Source: Candidatus Woesearchaeota archaeon (GTDB lineage Archaea > Nanobdellota > Nanobdellia > SCGC-AAA011-G17 > PNOQ01). From it: a DNA stretch of 64,000 nucleotides. The stretch is from assembly GCA_018652625.1 (NCBI GenBank), contig JABIBT010000001.1, forward strand, positions 9,563 to 73,562, in the 5' to 3' direction. The notes below the pieces were generated by a model. That model saw only the letters and a list, made by a program, of their open reading frames with translations. It was not told the DNA's origin and did not search any database. Each line of letters starts with the position of its first letter. Position 1 is the first letter of the stretch. Shown in pieces: positions 1-9,641 of this stretch. The position numbers and the translations under genes are program-made.

Positions 1-638
1 AAGGAATCATCAACCACCCCTATCTCCTGTAAGTGTTCAACACCCGGTCTTAGTATATCTAAGGCCTCATCAACTAAGTCTTCCAATTTCTCTCCAGCAT
101 TAATCCTTTTGCCAAAGATAATCCTTGCACAACTTTCTGGTGCAATGACAGAATACATGGAATTTTCTAACATATAACTTTGATCTGCGATTTGCATAGC
201 CAACGCCCCACCACTTCCACCTTCACCAATTATATAAGAAACGGTTGGAGCTTCAATTTCACAATATCTCCTGATACAATCTGATATCCTAAAGGATTGT
301 CCGCCTAGTTCCGACTGCATGGACGCATCCCCGCCATAGGTATCAATAAAAGAAACAACTGGCGAATTATGTTTTTCTGCCTCATTCAAGATTTCTAAAA
401 CATATTCATGACCTTCAGTAGTAATCATTCCAGTAGCTCTGCTTTCTTTTCCATCTCTTCTTTTTTCTTGCCCAAGAACAATACATTCAATTCCATCAAC
501 ATATCCTTTAGCAACAATCAATGAAGGGTCAGGGCTGGGGTAATAAGAAATATCTTCAAAAACGCCTTCAATAACATCAGAACTTCTTATTCTTTCAGGA
601 TGTCTAGTTAGATAATGTCTCTCTTTTAGTGATTTCAT
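1..638 (-). CDS. Carboxyltransferase alpha-subunit-like protein (AccA family); C-terminus runs off the window
   Basis: Own translation of the minus strand from ATG at 636-638: MKSLKERHYL...FIDTYGGDA...IGEGGSGGALAMQ...YSVIAPESCARI. This matches the AccA motifs FIDTPGA, GEGGSGGALA and YSVISPEGCA. Absent from the ORF track because no stop lies inside the window. Confidence 0.65.
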   Translation of the reverse strand, partial: MKSLKERHYLTRHPERIRSSDVIEGVFEDISYYPSPDPSLIVAKGYVDGIECIVLGQEKRRDGKESRATGMITTEGHEYVLEILNEAEKHNSPVVSFIDTYGGDASMQSELGGQSFRISDCIRRYCEIEAPTVSYIIGEGGSGGALAMQIADQSYMLENSMYSVIAPESCARIIFGKRINAGEKLEDLVDEALDILRPGVEHLQEIGVVDDS

Positions 639-700
639 CTCTTTTTTCAATATTGGGTATATAGAAAAACTTAATAAAACTTTTTAATTACATATAAATA

Positions 701-958
701 ATGAAATACAACTTAGAATTAGAAAACCTAGCGAAAAAGATAAATAAAGAGAAAGCCAAGTTAGTTTGTTTACAACTTCCAGACGGATTAAGGCCAGAAG
801 CTACAAAGATAACTAGCTTTTTAGAAAAAAATACAAAAGCAAAAATAGTCATCTGGTTGGGTTCCTGCTGGGGAGCATGTGATACACCAATAGGACTAAA
901 AGATTTAAATTTTGATTTAATTATTCAATATGGTCATTCAGCTTGGCCATTCTACTAA
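701..958 (+). pseudogene. dph2: N-terminal fragment of diphthamide synthase Dph2 (85 codons of an expected 330-340)
   Basis: By-eye alignment to the N-terminus of archaeal Dph2: AKLVCLQLPDGLR, FLEKN, GACD, GHS. The TAA at 956-958 is followed directly by ATG 959 of an unrelated gene, and no remainder lies downstream. Confidence 0.6.
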
Positions 959-2260
959 ATGAAAATAACAAAAACAGAGGTGATAGTATCAATCTTAATA
1001 GTTATAATTGTAGCCTCGGTAATTTTTCTGGCTCCAAAACCAAAACTATCAACCGGTTGCGGAGAATGTACTCCTTGGATTAATGGTACCTGTGGTTCTG
1101 GAGAATGTGAATCATTGGAGATGAAACAAGGTAGAACTTGTTATGGTGATTATTTTTCTGATGACTTTAGACAAGAGGACCCATATAACAGCCCAAGATA
1201 TAGTATAGGAAATGCTCCGCCAGGTTGTGAAAAAAGATGTATTTCAATGCCAGAAATGTGTAATACTCCTCCAGAACAACCAATAACTATCTATCCAGAA
1301 AACACAGCAACAGAAATACCAATCACGGCAAATTTATCTTGGGAATCATCAGATATAAATGAACAAGAACTACTATATGATGTTTACCTAGACACAAACC
1401 AAGAAGCACAAAATTTAGTTTCAGAAAATCAAGGTGAGACAGAATACTCATTTCAACTAGAATACTTAACAACATATTACTGGAGAATCATAGTTAATGA
1501 TTCTTACAACATAACAGAAAGTCCAATATGGTCATTTACAACAGAAGAATTAATGCAAGAAGAAGAAGAACCAGATGAATCAGGAAATAATGATCCTCCA
1601 TCTAACAACGGAGATTCACCATATGAATGTACAAATAATGAGGAATCTTGTCAAGAAAACATCTTAGTAATTTGCTTAAATAAAGAATGGCAAGTAGTAC
1701 AAGTATGTGAAAATGGTTGCGAAAATAATGCTTGTATAGAAGAACCATTATTTGATATAAAGGTCTCTTTAAACGAAAACTCAGAAAACATTTACGTAGA
1801 AGATAAAGTAGAATTCAGTATAGTGTTATATAATTTTGGAACTCTAAATCCAGTAGATGTATTTCTACAATGTTCTTTAGAAGACTTTGAAAAAAACAAA
1901 TTAGATTTTTTTGAAGAAACTTTAGCAGTAGACTTACAAACTTCAATAAAAAGAAATCTAAAATTCCCAGAAGAAACCCAAAAAGGAGAGTATATCTTAT
2001 CTTGTTACTTAACGTATAAAGAAGAAACAATTTCCTCTAGTGAATTAATAAATATTTTAGAAAAGCCACATGAAGAACACCCAAAAGGAGTAATAAACTT
2101 TAATCTGATTCTTTATTTAATAATATCCTTGGTTTTAATAATAACAATAATAATCTTTATAAATAAAAGAAAAAAGACAAAAGCATGGAGGAAAAAAATT
2201 GGAAATAGAAAGCATAGATCTACCAAAACAACTAGTAGAAAACATAAGAAGGGTAGTTGA
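959..2260 (+). CDS. Membrane-anchored Cys-rich surface protein with an FN3/Ig-like module
   Basis: 433 aa. N-terminal TM helix, Cys-rich modules (CGECTPW.., CTNNEESC..C..C..GC..C), FN3-like stretch (ANLSWESS...YYWRIIV...WSFTT), acidic linker, C-terminal TM helix plus basic tail. Confidence 0.6.
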   Translation: MKITKTEVIVSILIVIIVASVIFLAPKPKLSTGCGECTPWINGTCGSGECESLEMKQGRTCYGDYFSDDFRQEDPYNSPRYSIGNAPPGCEKRCISMPEMCNTPPEQPITIYPENTATEIPITANLSWESSDINEQELLYDVYLDTNQEAQNLVSENQGETEYSFQLEYLTTYYWRIIVNDSYNITESPIWSFTTEELMQEEEEPDESGNNDPPSNNGDSPYECTNNEESCQENILVICLNKEWQVVQVCENGCENNACIEEPLFDIKVSLNENSENIYVEDKVEFSIVLYNFGTLNPVDVFLQCSLEDFEKNKLDFFEETLAVDLQTSIKRNLKFPEETQKGEYILSCYLTYKEETISSSELINILEKPHEEHPKGVINFNLILYLIISLVLIITIIIFINKRKKTKAWRKKIGNRKHRSTKTTSRKHKKGS

Positions 2261-2339
2261 AGATACAAAGATGTTTGAAGATGAACTAGATTTCATTAAC
2301 CAAGCTATAATAAAGCAAATTTCCAAATTTAGACAATAA
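2199..2339 (+). CDS. Small ribbon-helix-helix-like protein (46 aa, TTG start), not in ORF track
   Basis: Third-frame ORF LEIESIDLPKQLVENIRRVVEDTKMFEDELDFINQAIIKQISKFRQ. GGAGG at 2187-2191 lies 7 nt upstream of TTG 2199. The strand-helix-helix pattern resembles CopG/RHH. It overlaps the basic tail of the preceding ORF in another frame. Confidence 0.4.
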   Translation: MEIESIDLPKQLVENIRRVVEDTKMFEDELDFINQAIIKQISKFRQ

Positions 2340-2341
2340 AA

Positions 2342-2560
2342 ATGGCAAATGAAGAAATAATTGGATATCACAAAGGAGCATTAGCAACCTTAAGTAAAGA
2401 AAGGCAAGAATTAGCTAAAATGGTTGGAGTAGTTGATCAATTCATTAAAATGCACATAGAAGAATTAAAGAAACTAGGAATTGATTTGGAAGAAGAAGCT
2501 AAAAAAGCACAGGAGCAACAACCCCCACAAGAATTTAAAGAAGAAGATAGAGTTGCTTAA
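2342..2560 (+). CDS. Hypothetical small helical/coiled-coil protein
   Basis: 72-aa ORF whose ATG lies 2 nt after the stop of the RHH-like ORF. Charged helical composition; no family recognised. Confidence 0.5.
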   Translation: MANEEIIGYHKGALATLSKERQELAKMVGVVDQFIKMHIEELKKLGIDLEEEAKKAQEQQPPQEFKEEDRVA

Positions 2561-2934
2561 AATAATTTACTTATTTTTTTAAAATCTTCAAAATTGGTTT
2601 CTTTTATTCTAATGGTTGGCATCACTAAACTTTTTGGTTTGTGAGCAATTTCGCCCTTTAACTCACCATAAGTAAAAATTGCTGCGTCACGGTAAGGTTC
2701 GTCATCCTGTAGAACATAAACTTCTGACGATTTCAACCCATTCCTATAATCTCTAAATAAGTAAAAATCACCAATAACAACACAATAAAAAGAACCATTC
2801 TCTTCAAAATCTCTCTTAACAACAACTGCCCCTAAAGAAGGGTCAAGACTCCCAAATATCTTATCATCCATTTCCCCAAGCATATGTTCGGTTCTCACAA
2901 GAATTTCGTCCAAATTTATTTGTTCAACACCCAT
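2557..2934 (-). CDS. Hypothetical protein
   Basis: 125-aa ORF with non-repetitive, protein-like composition. No recognisable motif. Confidence 0.5.
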   Translation of the reverse strand: MGVEQINLDEILVRTEHMLGEMDDKIFGSLDPSLGAVVVKRDFEENGSFYCVVIGDFYLFRDYRNGLKSSEVYVLQDDEPYRDAAIFTYGELKGEIAHKPKSLVMPTIRIKETNFEDFKKISKLF

Positions 2935-3003
2935 ATTCAGTCAAAAAGAAGAAGTATTATTTAGTATATAAAACTTTATATATCCCTATAAAATTGTAAA
3001 ACC

Positions 3004-3738
3004 ATGGAAGATTTTAGAAGAGACATCCCAAAAATTATGGATGAACATGAAAAAGTAGATGATAATCAATTCAGACAAATAATTCCGCTTCTATTGAAAA
3101 GAGGACTTGAAAACCTAGATTTAAGTATGTTTGATGATGAAACCAAAGTAAAACTTTTAACGGCAGCTGGAGATGAATATCTAAAAAGAGGAAAAATCCA
3201 AGATGCATTAAAAATTTTTAAATACATAAAAAATAAACAAAAATTAGTTGAAGTCGGAGATCAAAATTTTAGGTTAGGATTATACAAACACGCTATAGAG
3301 GCTTATGTTCTGGCAGAGGATTATGGAAGATTAGAAAAATCAGCAGATAAATGTTTACATGAAGGGCACTTAACAGAAGCAATAAAAGCAATGATTGCAC
3401 TAAAAGACCCAGAAAAACTAAATAAGGTTGGAGAATATTGTCTAGAAAGAAAAAACTATGAATTTGCTATTGAAGTATATTCTGCTATAGTAAACACTGA
3501 AAAACTAATAAAAACTGGTGACTTGTGCAAGGAACAAAATCTTTTAAATCTCGCATTAAAAGCCTATGAAGCAGCAAATAATAAAACAAAAATAAATATA
3601 ATTGGTGACGAGTTATTAAGAAGGGGAATTCTAAAAGATGCTTTAGAAGCATATAAAAAAGCAGACAATCAAACAATGATAAGATTTTTTGAAGAAAATT
3701 TTAAAGAGAAGCAAATAGAAAAGAAAGATTATATCTAA
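3004..3738 (+). CDS. Alpha-helical repeat protein (about six ~29-aa repeats)
   Basis: Recurrent pattern GD..L..G....A...Y......kL with a period near 29 aa: GDEYLKRG.., GDQNFRLG.., GEYCLERK.., GDLCKEQN.., GDELLRRG... HEAT/TPR-like, exact family unresolved. Confidence 0.6.
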   Translation: MEDFRRDIPKIMDEHEKVDDNQFRQIIPLLLKRGLENLDLSMFDDETKVKLLTAAGDEYLKRGKIQDALKIFKYIKNKQKLVEVGDQNFRLGLYKHAIEAYVLAEDYGRLEKSADKCLHEGHLTEAIKAMIALKDPEKLNKVGEYCLERKNYEFAIEVYSAIVNTEKLIKTGDLCKEQNLLNLALKAYEAANNKTKINIIGDELLRRGILKDALEAYKKADNQTMIRFFEENFKEKQIEKKDYI

Positions 3739-4133
3739 AAAATAGGTTCCACAACTTCTACTTTCTTAGAACAAGCAGGACAAACTCTCGGCCATTGCTT
3801 AATGGTATTATATTTAAATTTATACTCGCATTTTTTACAAACACAAATTATATGGTATTTAGAACCTTCAACTTTATCAAACGTAACTTCTGGTTTAGAT
3901 TTCTCTTTGTAGTTTACTCTAAGGTACTCATCTGTTTCATCCCAACCAACCGGTTTTTTATCAACACCATTTTCCTCAACAGTTTCTTTTACTTTTTGAA
4001 TAGAAGGAGTTTTCTCACAATTTGGACAAACCATCATTCCTTTAATATTATCTAACTTAAAATCATCAGCATATGCTTCACCATGACAATTTCTACAGAT
4101 AACTCTGACTTGCTTTGTTTTCAATAATGCCAT
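3735..4133 (-). CDS. Double zinc-ribbon protein
   Basis: 132 aa with two CxxC...CxxC sets (CRNC...CPNC and CKKC...CPAC). Confidence 0.6.
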   Translation of the reverse strand: MALLKTKQVRVICRNCHGEAYADDFKLDNIKGMMVCPNCEKTPSIQKVKETVEENGVDKKPVGWDETDEYLRVNYKEKSKPEVTFDKVEGSKYHIICVCKKCEYKFKYNTIKQWPRVCPACSKKVEVVEPIF

Positions 4134-4595
4134 TTATTTCTTCCCTATTTTTTTATACGCTACAAAAATGACTATTAGTAATTCTATCAAAAGAATAATC
4201 GGTCTAATAATCCTATCTAGATCTCCGAAAGCTCTGACAGTACCATAAAACAAGGTAAAGAAGCCCCCCAACATAAAACCGGAACCAACCCACTGATTCA
4301 AATCATCTTTATGAGTCGGTAACATCAAGCCAACTACAATAGCTAACAAACCAAATATAATCGAAACATAGAAAACCACTAAATTATGGCCCTCCATAGC
4401 AGAATCATAACTTTCTCTACATGCCTGCCAAGCCGCATCATCAACGTCTTCTTCCTCCAGCATATACGGCTTTTCAAATTCGCCACAATAATCATCATAA
4501 TCTGGACTTTCATGAATCGCCTCAGCTAATGCAGCCACAAAGAAAGCGAATAATGCACCTATAACCAGAATAATGATAATTTTCCTTATATCCAT
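4134..4595 (-). CDS. Integral membrane protein
   Basis: 153 aa. N-terminal TM helix, acidic loop, then three hydrophobic helices. Abuts the zinc-ribbon gene with no gap. Confidence 0.55.
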   Translation of the reverse strand: MDIRKIIIILVIGALFAFFVAALAEAIHESPDYDDYCGEFEKPYMLEEEDVDDAAWQACRESYDSAMEGHNLVVFYVSIIFGLLAIVVGLMLPTHKDDLNQWVGSGFMLGGFFTLFYGTVRAFGDLDRIIRPIILLIELLIVIFVAYKKIGKK

Positions 4596-4666
4596 GAAAC
4601 TTCCTATAATTGATAATATAAAAAGCTTATGATGGAGTAAACAAACAGTTAAATATCCAGATATCT

Positions 4667-4930
4667 ATGATAAAACAGGTTAAAATGGCACCAGAAGAAG
4701 ATTTTTCTTCTGAAGAATTTGTAGAAGATCTAAAAGACGAAGAGATAAAGAAGAAGAAAGAAGAAGAGAGAAAGGAATTTTTCAGAAGGAATTCATACTT
4801 GAAGGATACATTAATATCTGAAATTATAGAAAAAACTACTGATAAGGATAAAGAAAAAGAATTTTCATCTGAAGATTATTTCGAGAAATTAAAAGGTGAA
4901 AAGATAATGGAGGATGAACAAGAAGATTGA
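4667..4930 (+). CDS. Small charged (E/K-rich) protein
   Basis: 87-aa ORF. Its TGA overlaps the TTG start of the downstream pcm gene. Low-complexity charged sequence. Confidence 0.4.
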   Translation: MIKQVKMAPEEDFSSEEFVEDLKDEEIKKKKEEERKEFFRRNSYLKDTLISEIIEKTTDKDKEKEFSSEDYFEKLKGEKIMEDEQED

Positions 4931-5553
4931 AAAACACATTAATAAAATTTTGGAAAAATAGTTATAATTTTGACAAAAAAATTATGTTGGCCTTTAGGGA
5001 TATTCCAAGAGAAAAATTTGTTCTTAAAAAATATAAAAATGAAGCATACGCAGACATGGCATTGCCTCTTTTAATGGGTCAAACAATTTCTCAACCAACA
5101 ACAATAATGATAATGTTAAACGCTCTAGAAGTAAAAAGAGGAGAAAACGTCTTAGAAATTGGTACTGGATCTGGCTACCAAACCGCATTATTATCTAAAC
5201 TAGTTGGACCAAGGGGTAAAGTTACAAGTTTAGAAGTTTTACCAGAACTAATTGATTTCGCTAAAAAAAATTTAAGGAAAATAAAATTAGATAAAAATAT
5301 AAAAATTGTAAAAATAGATGGTTCAAAAGGATATGAAAAATTTGCACCTTATGATAAAATAATTGTAGCAGCCGCATCTCCCAAAATAAATCAAGTATTA
5401 CTTAGTCAATTAATAAGGGAGGGAGTTATGGTGCTTCCAGTTGGGAAAATATATGAACAAAAACTATTGAAAATAACAAAAAGTAGAGACCTTAGAACTG
5501 AAAATTTAGGAGAATTCTTATTTGTTCCTTTGCGTGGAGAGAATGGATATTAA
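4927..5553 (+). CDS. pcm: Protein-L-isoaspartate O-methyltransferase
   Basis: GQTISQPTTIMIMLNALEV and the SAM motif VLEIGTGSGYQTALL. 208 aa. TTG start overlapping the upstream stop. Confidence 0.85.
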   Translation: MKNTLIKFWKNSYNFDKKIMLAFRDIPREKFVLKKYKNEAYADMALPLLMGQTISQPTTIMIMLNALEVKRGENVLEIGTGSGYQTALLSKLVGPRGKVTSLEVLPELIDFAKKNLRKIKLDKNIKIVKIDGSKGYEKFAPYDKIIVAAASPKINQVLLSQLIREGVMVLPVGKIYEQKLLKITKSRDLRTENLGEFLFVPLRGENGY

Positions 5554-7463
5554 ACTAATTGTTCTTTAATCACATCTACACATCCAGGATTAACCAAGGT
5601 ACTTACACCACCAAGAGATTCTTTAGTCAACAAATTTCTTAAAATTCTTCTCATGATTTTTCCACTCCTAGTCTTAGGCAAATCTTCAACGAAATAGATT
5701 TTATTCAAACCAGCAATAGGTCCAATTTTACTTCTAATCAATTTAATCAAACTTTTTTCTAATTCTTTACTAGCTTTACCTTTCTCCAAAACAACGAAAG
5801 CAACAGGAACTTCACCACGAATCTTATCGGGAATACCAACTACAGCACTCTCATTAACAAACTTATCGCCATTAAGAACATTTTCCATCTCGGCAGTACT
5901 TAATCTATGGCCTGCAACCTTAATTACATCATCAATTCTTCCAGTTATGCGGATATTATCTTTATCATAATAAAAAGCACCATCACTTGTATCATATTTT
6001 CCTTTAAATCTCTTCCAATAAGTTTCCCTGTATCTTTTCTTATTTCTAAATATTCCTTGTAACATAGCCGGAGCAAAAGGACTTAATTGAACTAAAAAAC
6101 CTTTTTTACTTTTTCTTCCTTTTTCATTAACAACTTCATGTTTTATCCCGGGGAAACTTCTTCCAGCAACTCCGGGAATGAAAGGACCAACTCCGGGCAA
6201 GGCATTAACCATATTTGCCCCCGTTTCAGTTTGCCACCAGGTATCGATAATCGGACATCTTCCTTTACCTATTTTATTAAAGTACCAATTCCAAGCATCA
6301 CTATCAATTGGCTCTCCAACAGTTCCAAGTACTTTTAGACTATCTAATTTATATTTATTAACCCATTTTTCCCCAAGTCGCATAAACATTCTTATTGCAG
6401 TAGGAGCAGTATAAAACGAAGTAACTTTATTTTCATCAACAATTTTCCACCATCTTCCAGGATTAGGATAATCTAAGCCGCCTTCATACAAAACTAAAGT
6501 TCCTCCTAAAGATAATGGGCCATAACAAGAATAAGTGTGCCCAGTAATCCAACCAATATCAGCAGTACACCAAATAACATCTTTTTCAAGTAAATTAAAA
6601 TTCCATTTTGTGCTCCAATATGCCTGCGTTAAATAACCACCAGTATCATGCATAATCCCCTTAGGGTTTCCAGTTGTTCCACTAGTATATAGGATAAACA
6701 AAGTATCATTAGAGTTCATAATTTCGGGTTCACAATATTGTTCAACCTTTTTGGATTCTTTTTCAAAAGAAACAAATTTATTATTATATTTAATTTTTTT
6801 ATTTAGTCTGTTTACAACAACAACTTTTTTTATTTTTGTTCCTTTAATCCCACTTTTAGCTTTTTTCAATAAATCTTTTTTCTCTCCTTTTCTATAATAC
6901 CCATCAGAAGTTATCAAAACCTTACTTTTTCCATCTTTTATTCTTGTTTTCAAAGCCTCATCAGAAAAAGCAGAGAAAACAACACTATGTATGGCTCCAA
7001 TCCTTGCACAAGCTAACATAGAGATAATTAATTCTGGTATTAAAGGTAGATATATACTAACAACATCTCCCTTTTTTACTTTTAAAGATTTCAAAACATT
7101 AGCAAACCTATTCACTTTTTTGTATAGGTCCATATAAGTTATTTTTTGTGTCTTTTCTTTAGTTGACTCTGGAACAAAAATTACAGCATCCTTCATACTT
7201 CTAATATTAATATGCCTGTCTAAACAATTAAAACTTGCATTTAGTTTTCCACCTTTGAACCATTCAAAATAAGGTAACTTTTCTTCATAGGTTTTATCCC
7301 AAAGTTTTTCCCAGTATAAACCTTGCTTAGCTAAATTGTCCCAAAACTTTATAGGGTTCTTTTTAGCTTCTTTGTAAATAGAATCAGATTTGATCCAGGC
7401 AATTTTTTTCATTTCATCACTAGGGTAATATTTATCACCTTTTTTTACAACATACTTAACCAT
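5550..7463 (-). CDS. acs: Acetyl-CoA synthetase (AMP-forming acyl-CoA ligase)
   Basis: 637 aa. AMP-binding motif YTSGTTGNPKG, WWQTETG, C-terminal PKTRSGKIMRR. Confidence 0.9.
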   Translation of the reverse strand: MVKYVVKKGDKYYPSDEMKKIAWIKSDSIYKEAKKNPIKFWDNLAKQGLYWEKLWDKTYEEKLPYFEWFKGGKLNASFNCLDRHINIRSMKDAVIFVPESTKEKTQKITYMDLYKKVNRFANVLKSLKVKKGDVVSIYLPLIPELIISMLACARIGAIHSVVFSAFSDEALKTRIKDGKSKVLITSDGYYRKGEKKDLLKKAKSGIKGTKIKKVVVVNRLNKKIKYNNKFVSFEKESKKVEQYCEPEIMNSNDTLFILYTSGTTGNPKGIMHDTGGYLTQAYWSTKWNFNLLEKDVIWCTADIGWITGHTYSCYGPLSLGGTLVLYEGGLDYPNPGRWWKIVDENKVTSFYTAPTAIRMFMRLGEKWVNKYKLDSLKVLGTVGEPIDSDAWNWYFNKIGKGRCPIIDTWWQTETGANMVNALPGVGPFIPGVAGRSFPGIKHEVVNEKGRKSKKGFLVQLSPFAPAMLQGIFRNKKRYRETYWKRFKGKYDTSDGAFYYDKDNIRITGRIDDVIKVAGHRLSTAEMENVLNGDKFVNESAVVGIPDKIRGEVPVAFVVLEKGKASKELEKSLIKLIRSKIGPIAGLNKIYFVEDLPKTRSGKIMRRILRNLLTKESLGGVSTLVNPGCVDVIKEQLV

Positions 7464-8055
7464 TTATAGACCTCTCCAAAAATTTTCTTTTCTCTTTAGT
7501 TCCTTTATCCCAAAGCATTCTAGTATATCCAGTATTATCAATTTGACTTGGTTTTATATCAAGTTCTTTCAAAACTCTAAGAATCTTTCTACGACCTTTT
7601 TTCATTTCACGAGGTTTACACAAATATTCAATCTCCATAAAATAACCAAGATGTTTTACTCTGTTTATTTCAATAGAAATTCTTTTGTCTTTTTTATGCT
7701 TGTAAGTTTCATTCCATTTAATTTTTCTAACCCATTCAACAAAATTCAAATCATTAAACAACGTAAGAAGTGACTCTACTTCGTCTTTTCCTTTTAATTG
7801 AAACTCAAATTCTTTCTTAACAACAATTTCTTTTGTCCAATACTTCTTTAGATGTTTTTTAAAATTTACTTCAAACTTATTTTTCATAGCTCTTATTCTG
7901 AAAGCTTTTTTTGGATAACCTTTACTTTTAATAGCAAAATAATCATCAGCCTTTTTACCTCTTGCTTTAAACCTTGCAATTCTTTTAATTTTCTCTCTAA
8001 GTTCAGGAACATCAGAACTATTTAGTTTAACTTTGGTTTCAACTTCAAGCCACAT
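7456..8055 (-). CDS. CYTH-domain protein (class IV adenylyl cyclase / triphosphate tunnel metalloenzyme family)
   Basis: N-terminal LEVETKVKL (ExExK), FRIR, and LGYFMEIEY near the C-terminus. Overlaps the acs start by 8 nt. Confidence 0.65.
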   Translation of the reverse strand: MWLEVETKVKLNSSDVPELREKIKRIARFKARGKKADDYFAIKSKGYPKKAFRIRAMKNKFEVNFKKHLKKYWTKEIVVKKEFEFQLKGKDEVESLLTLFNDLNFVEWVRKIKWNETYKHKKDKRISIEINRVKHLGYFMEIEYLCKPREMKKGRRKILRVLKELDIKPSQIDNTGYTRMLWDKGTKEKRKFLERSING

Positions 8056-8132
8056 ACACTAAATTATAAATTAAGGATTTATATATCTTACTATGCGATA
8101 ATTTTATATATTCAACTTTTCAAAATTAGAAC

Positions 8133-9641
8133 ATGAGGTTAAGTGTTCTTATTGGTGGTAAAGCAGGTCAAGGTATAAATAAAGTATCACAAATAATTTC
8201 TCAGGTGCTAACCAAACACGGATATTACATATTTAACTATAGAGACTACCCTTCTTTAATTAGGGGAGGACATAATTTTAATGTATTAAACATATCAGAC
8301 AAACAAATCAGTAGTCATGAAAGCAAAATCAATTGTATCTTGGCCATGGACGACAATACAATAAAACTCCACAAAAAAGAATTAACAAAAAAAGGATTAA
8401 TAATAGATTATAAAGAATTCAAAGACCTAGGGAGAAATATAAATATTGCTCTAGCAGGAGCCTTCATTAAAACCTTGGGAATAGAAAAAAAATACTTGAT
8501 TGATGAAATAATAAAAGAATTTAATACTAAGGAAACAAATCAGGCAGCTGAAAAAGGATACAATTCGGAGAAAGAATTATTCCATCTTAAAAAATTAAAA
8601 AATAAAATCAAAGTAATGAGCGGCTCACAAGCTGTAGCAACTGGAGCAATTAATTCAAAGATAGACAGATATATTGCATATCCTATGACTCCCGCAACCG
8701 GAGTTATGCATGTTTTAGCAGCAAATCAAAAAAAGAATAATTTCATAGTTTTTCAACCAGAGAATGAAATAGCAGTTGTAAACGCAGCCCTAGGTTCAAG
8801 TTTTACTGGAAAAAGAACGATGATTGGCACATCTGGAGGAGGTTTCGATTTAATGACAGAAGGTCTAAGCTTGCAAGGGATGACAGAAATTCCATTAGTT
8901 GTTTATTTAGCAGCAAGGCCCGGTCCCGGAACAGGAACTCCAACCTACACAATTCAAGGAGATATTAATATTGCTTTAAGAGGAGGACATGGAGAATTTC
9001 CAAGAATAGTTGTTATACCTGGAGATCCAAATGAAGCAATAGAAAAAACAAATGAAGCTTTCTACTTATCAGAAAAATTCAACAGTCTATCAATTGTATT
9101 ATCTGACAAACATTTAGCAGAATCAGAATTTAGTGTAAGAGGTAAACCCAATAAAACAATTATTCCAAAAATCAACAGAAATATTCCTGGAAAAACAATA
9201 GTAAAAGCTTCGGGATATGAACATGATAAATTTGGAAATACTACTGAAGATGCAACTCTCTTAAAGAGAAATGCAGAAGCTAGAATAATTAAATATCAAA
9301 AAATAAAAAAAGAAGCTAAAAGATTTGAAATGATAAAAATCCATGGGAAGAAAAACAGTAAAAATTTAATTATTGGATGTGGCTCAACAAAAGGAGCAAT
9401 ATTGGATGCAATAGAAGGGAAAGATTTCAAATTTCTACAAGTATTATATTTAATGCCAATTTCAGATGAAATAAGAAAAGAAATCAAAAAAGCAAAGAAA
9501 GTAATTCTAGTAGAAAATAATCTAACCGGACAATTAGGAAGGTTAATCAGAGAAAAAACCGGAATAAAAATAAAAAATAGAATACTAAAATATGATGGAA
9601 GACCATTTTTGTCAGACGAACTAAGAAGAGAGTTAAAATGA
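8133..9641 (+). CDS. 2-oxoacid:ferredoxin oxidoreductase, fused gamma-alpha subunit
   Basis: N-terminal gamma-type segment IGGKAGQGINKVSQI...RGGHN, followed by alpha-type GSQAVATGAI...YPMTPATG. 502 aa. Confidence 0.85.
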   Translation: MRLSVLIGGKAGQGINKVSQIISQVLTKHGYYIFNYRDYPSLIRGGHNFNVLNISDKQISSHESKINCILAMDDNTIKLHKKELTKKGLIIDYKEFKDLGRNINIALAGAFIKTLGIEKKYLIDEIIKEFNTKETNQAAEKGYNSEKELFHLKKLKNKIKVMSGSQAVATGAINSKIDRYIAYPMTPATGVMHVLAANQKKNNFIVFQPENEIAVVNAALGSSFTGKRTMIGTSGGGFDLMTEGLSLQGMTEIPLVVYLAARPGPGTGTPTYTIQGDINIALRGGHGEFPRIVVIPGDPNEAIEKTNEAFYLSEKFNSLSIVLSDKHLAESEFSVRGKPNKTIIPKINRNIPGKTIVKASGYEHDKFGNTTEDATLLKRNAEARIIKYQKIKKEAKRFEMIKIHGKKNSKNLIIGCGSTKGAILDAIEGKDFKFLQVLYLMPISDEIRKEIKKAKKVILVENNLTGQLGRLIREKTGIKIKNRILKYDGRPFLSDELRRELK

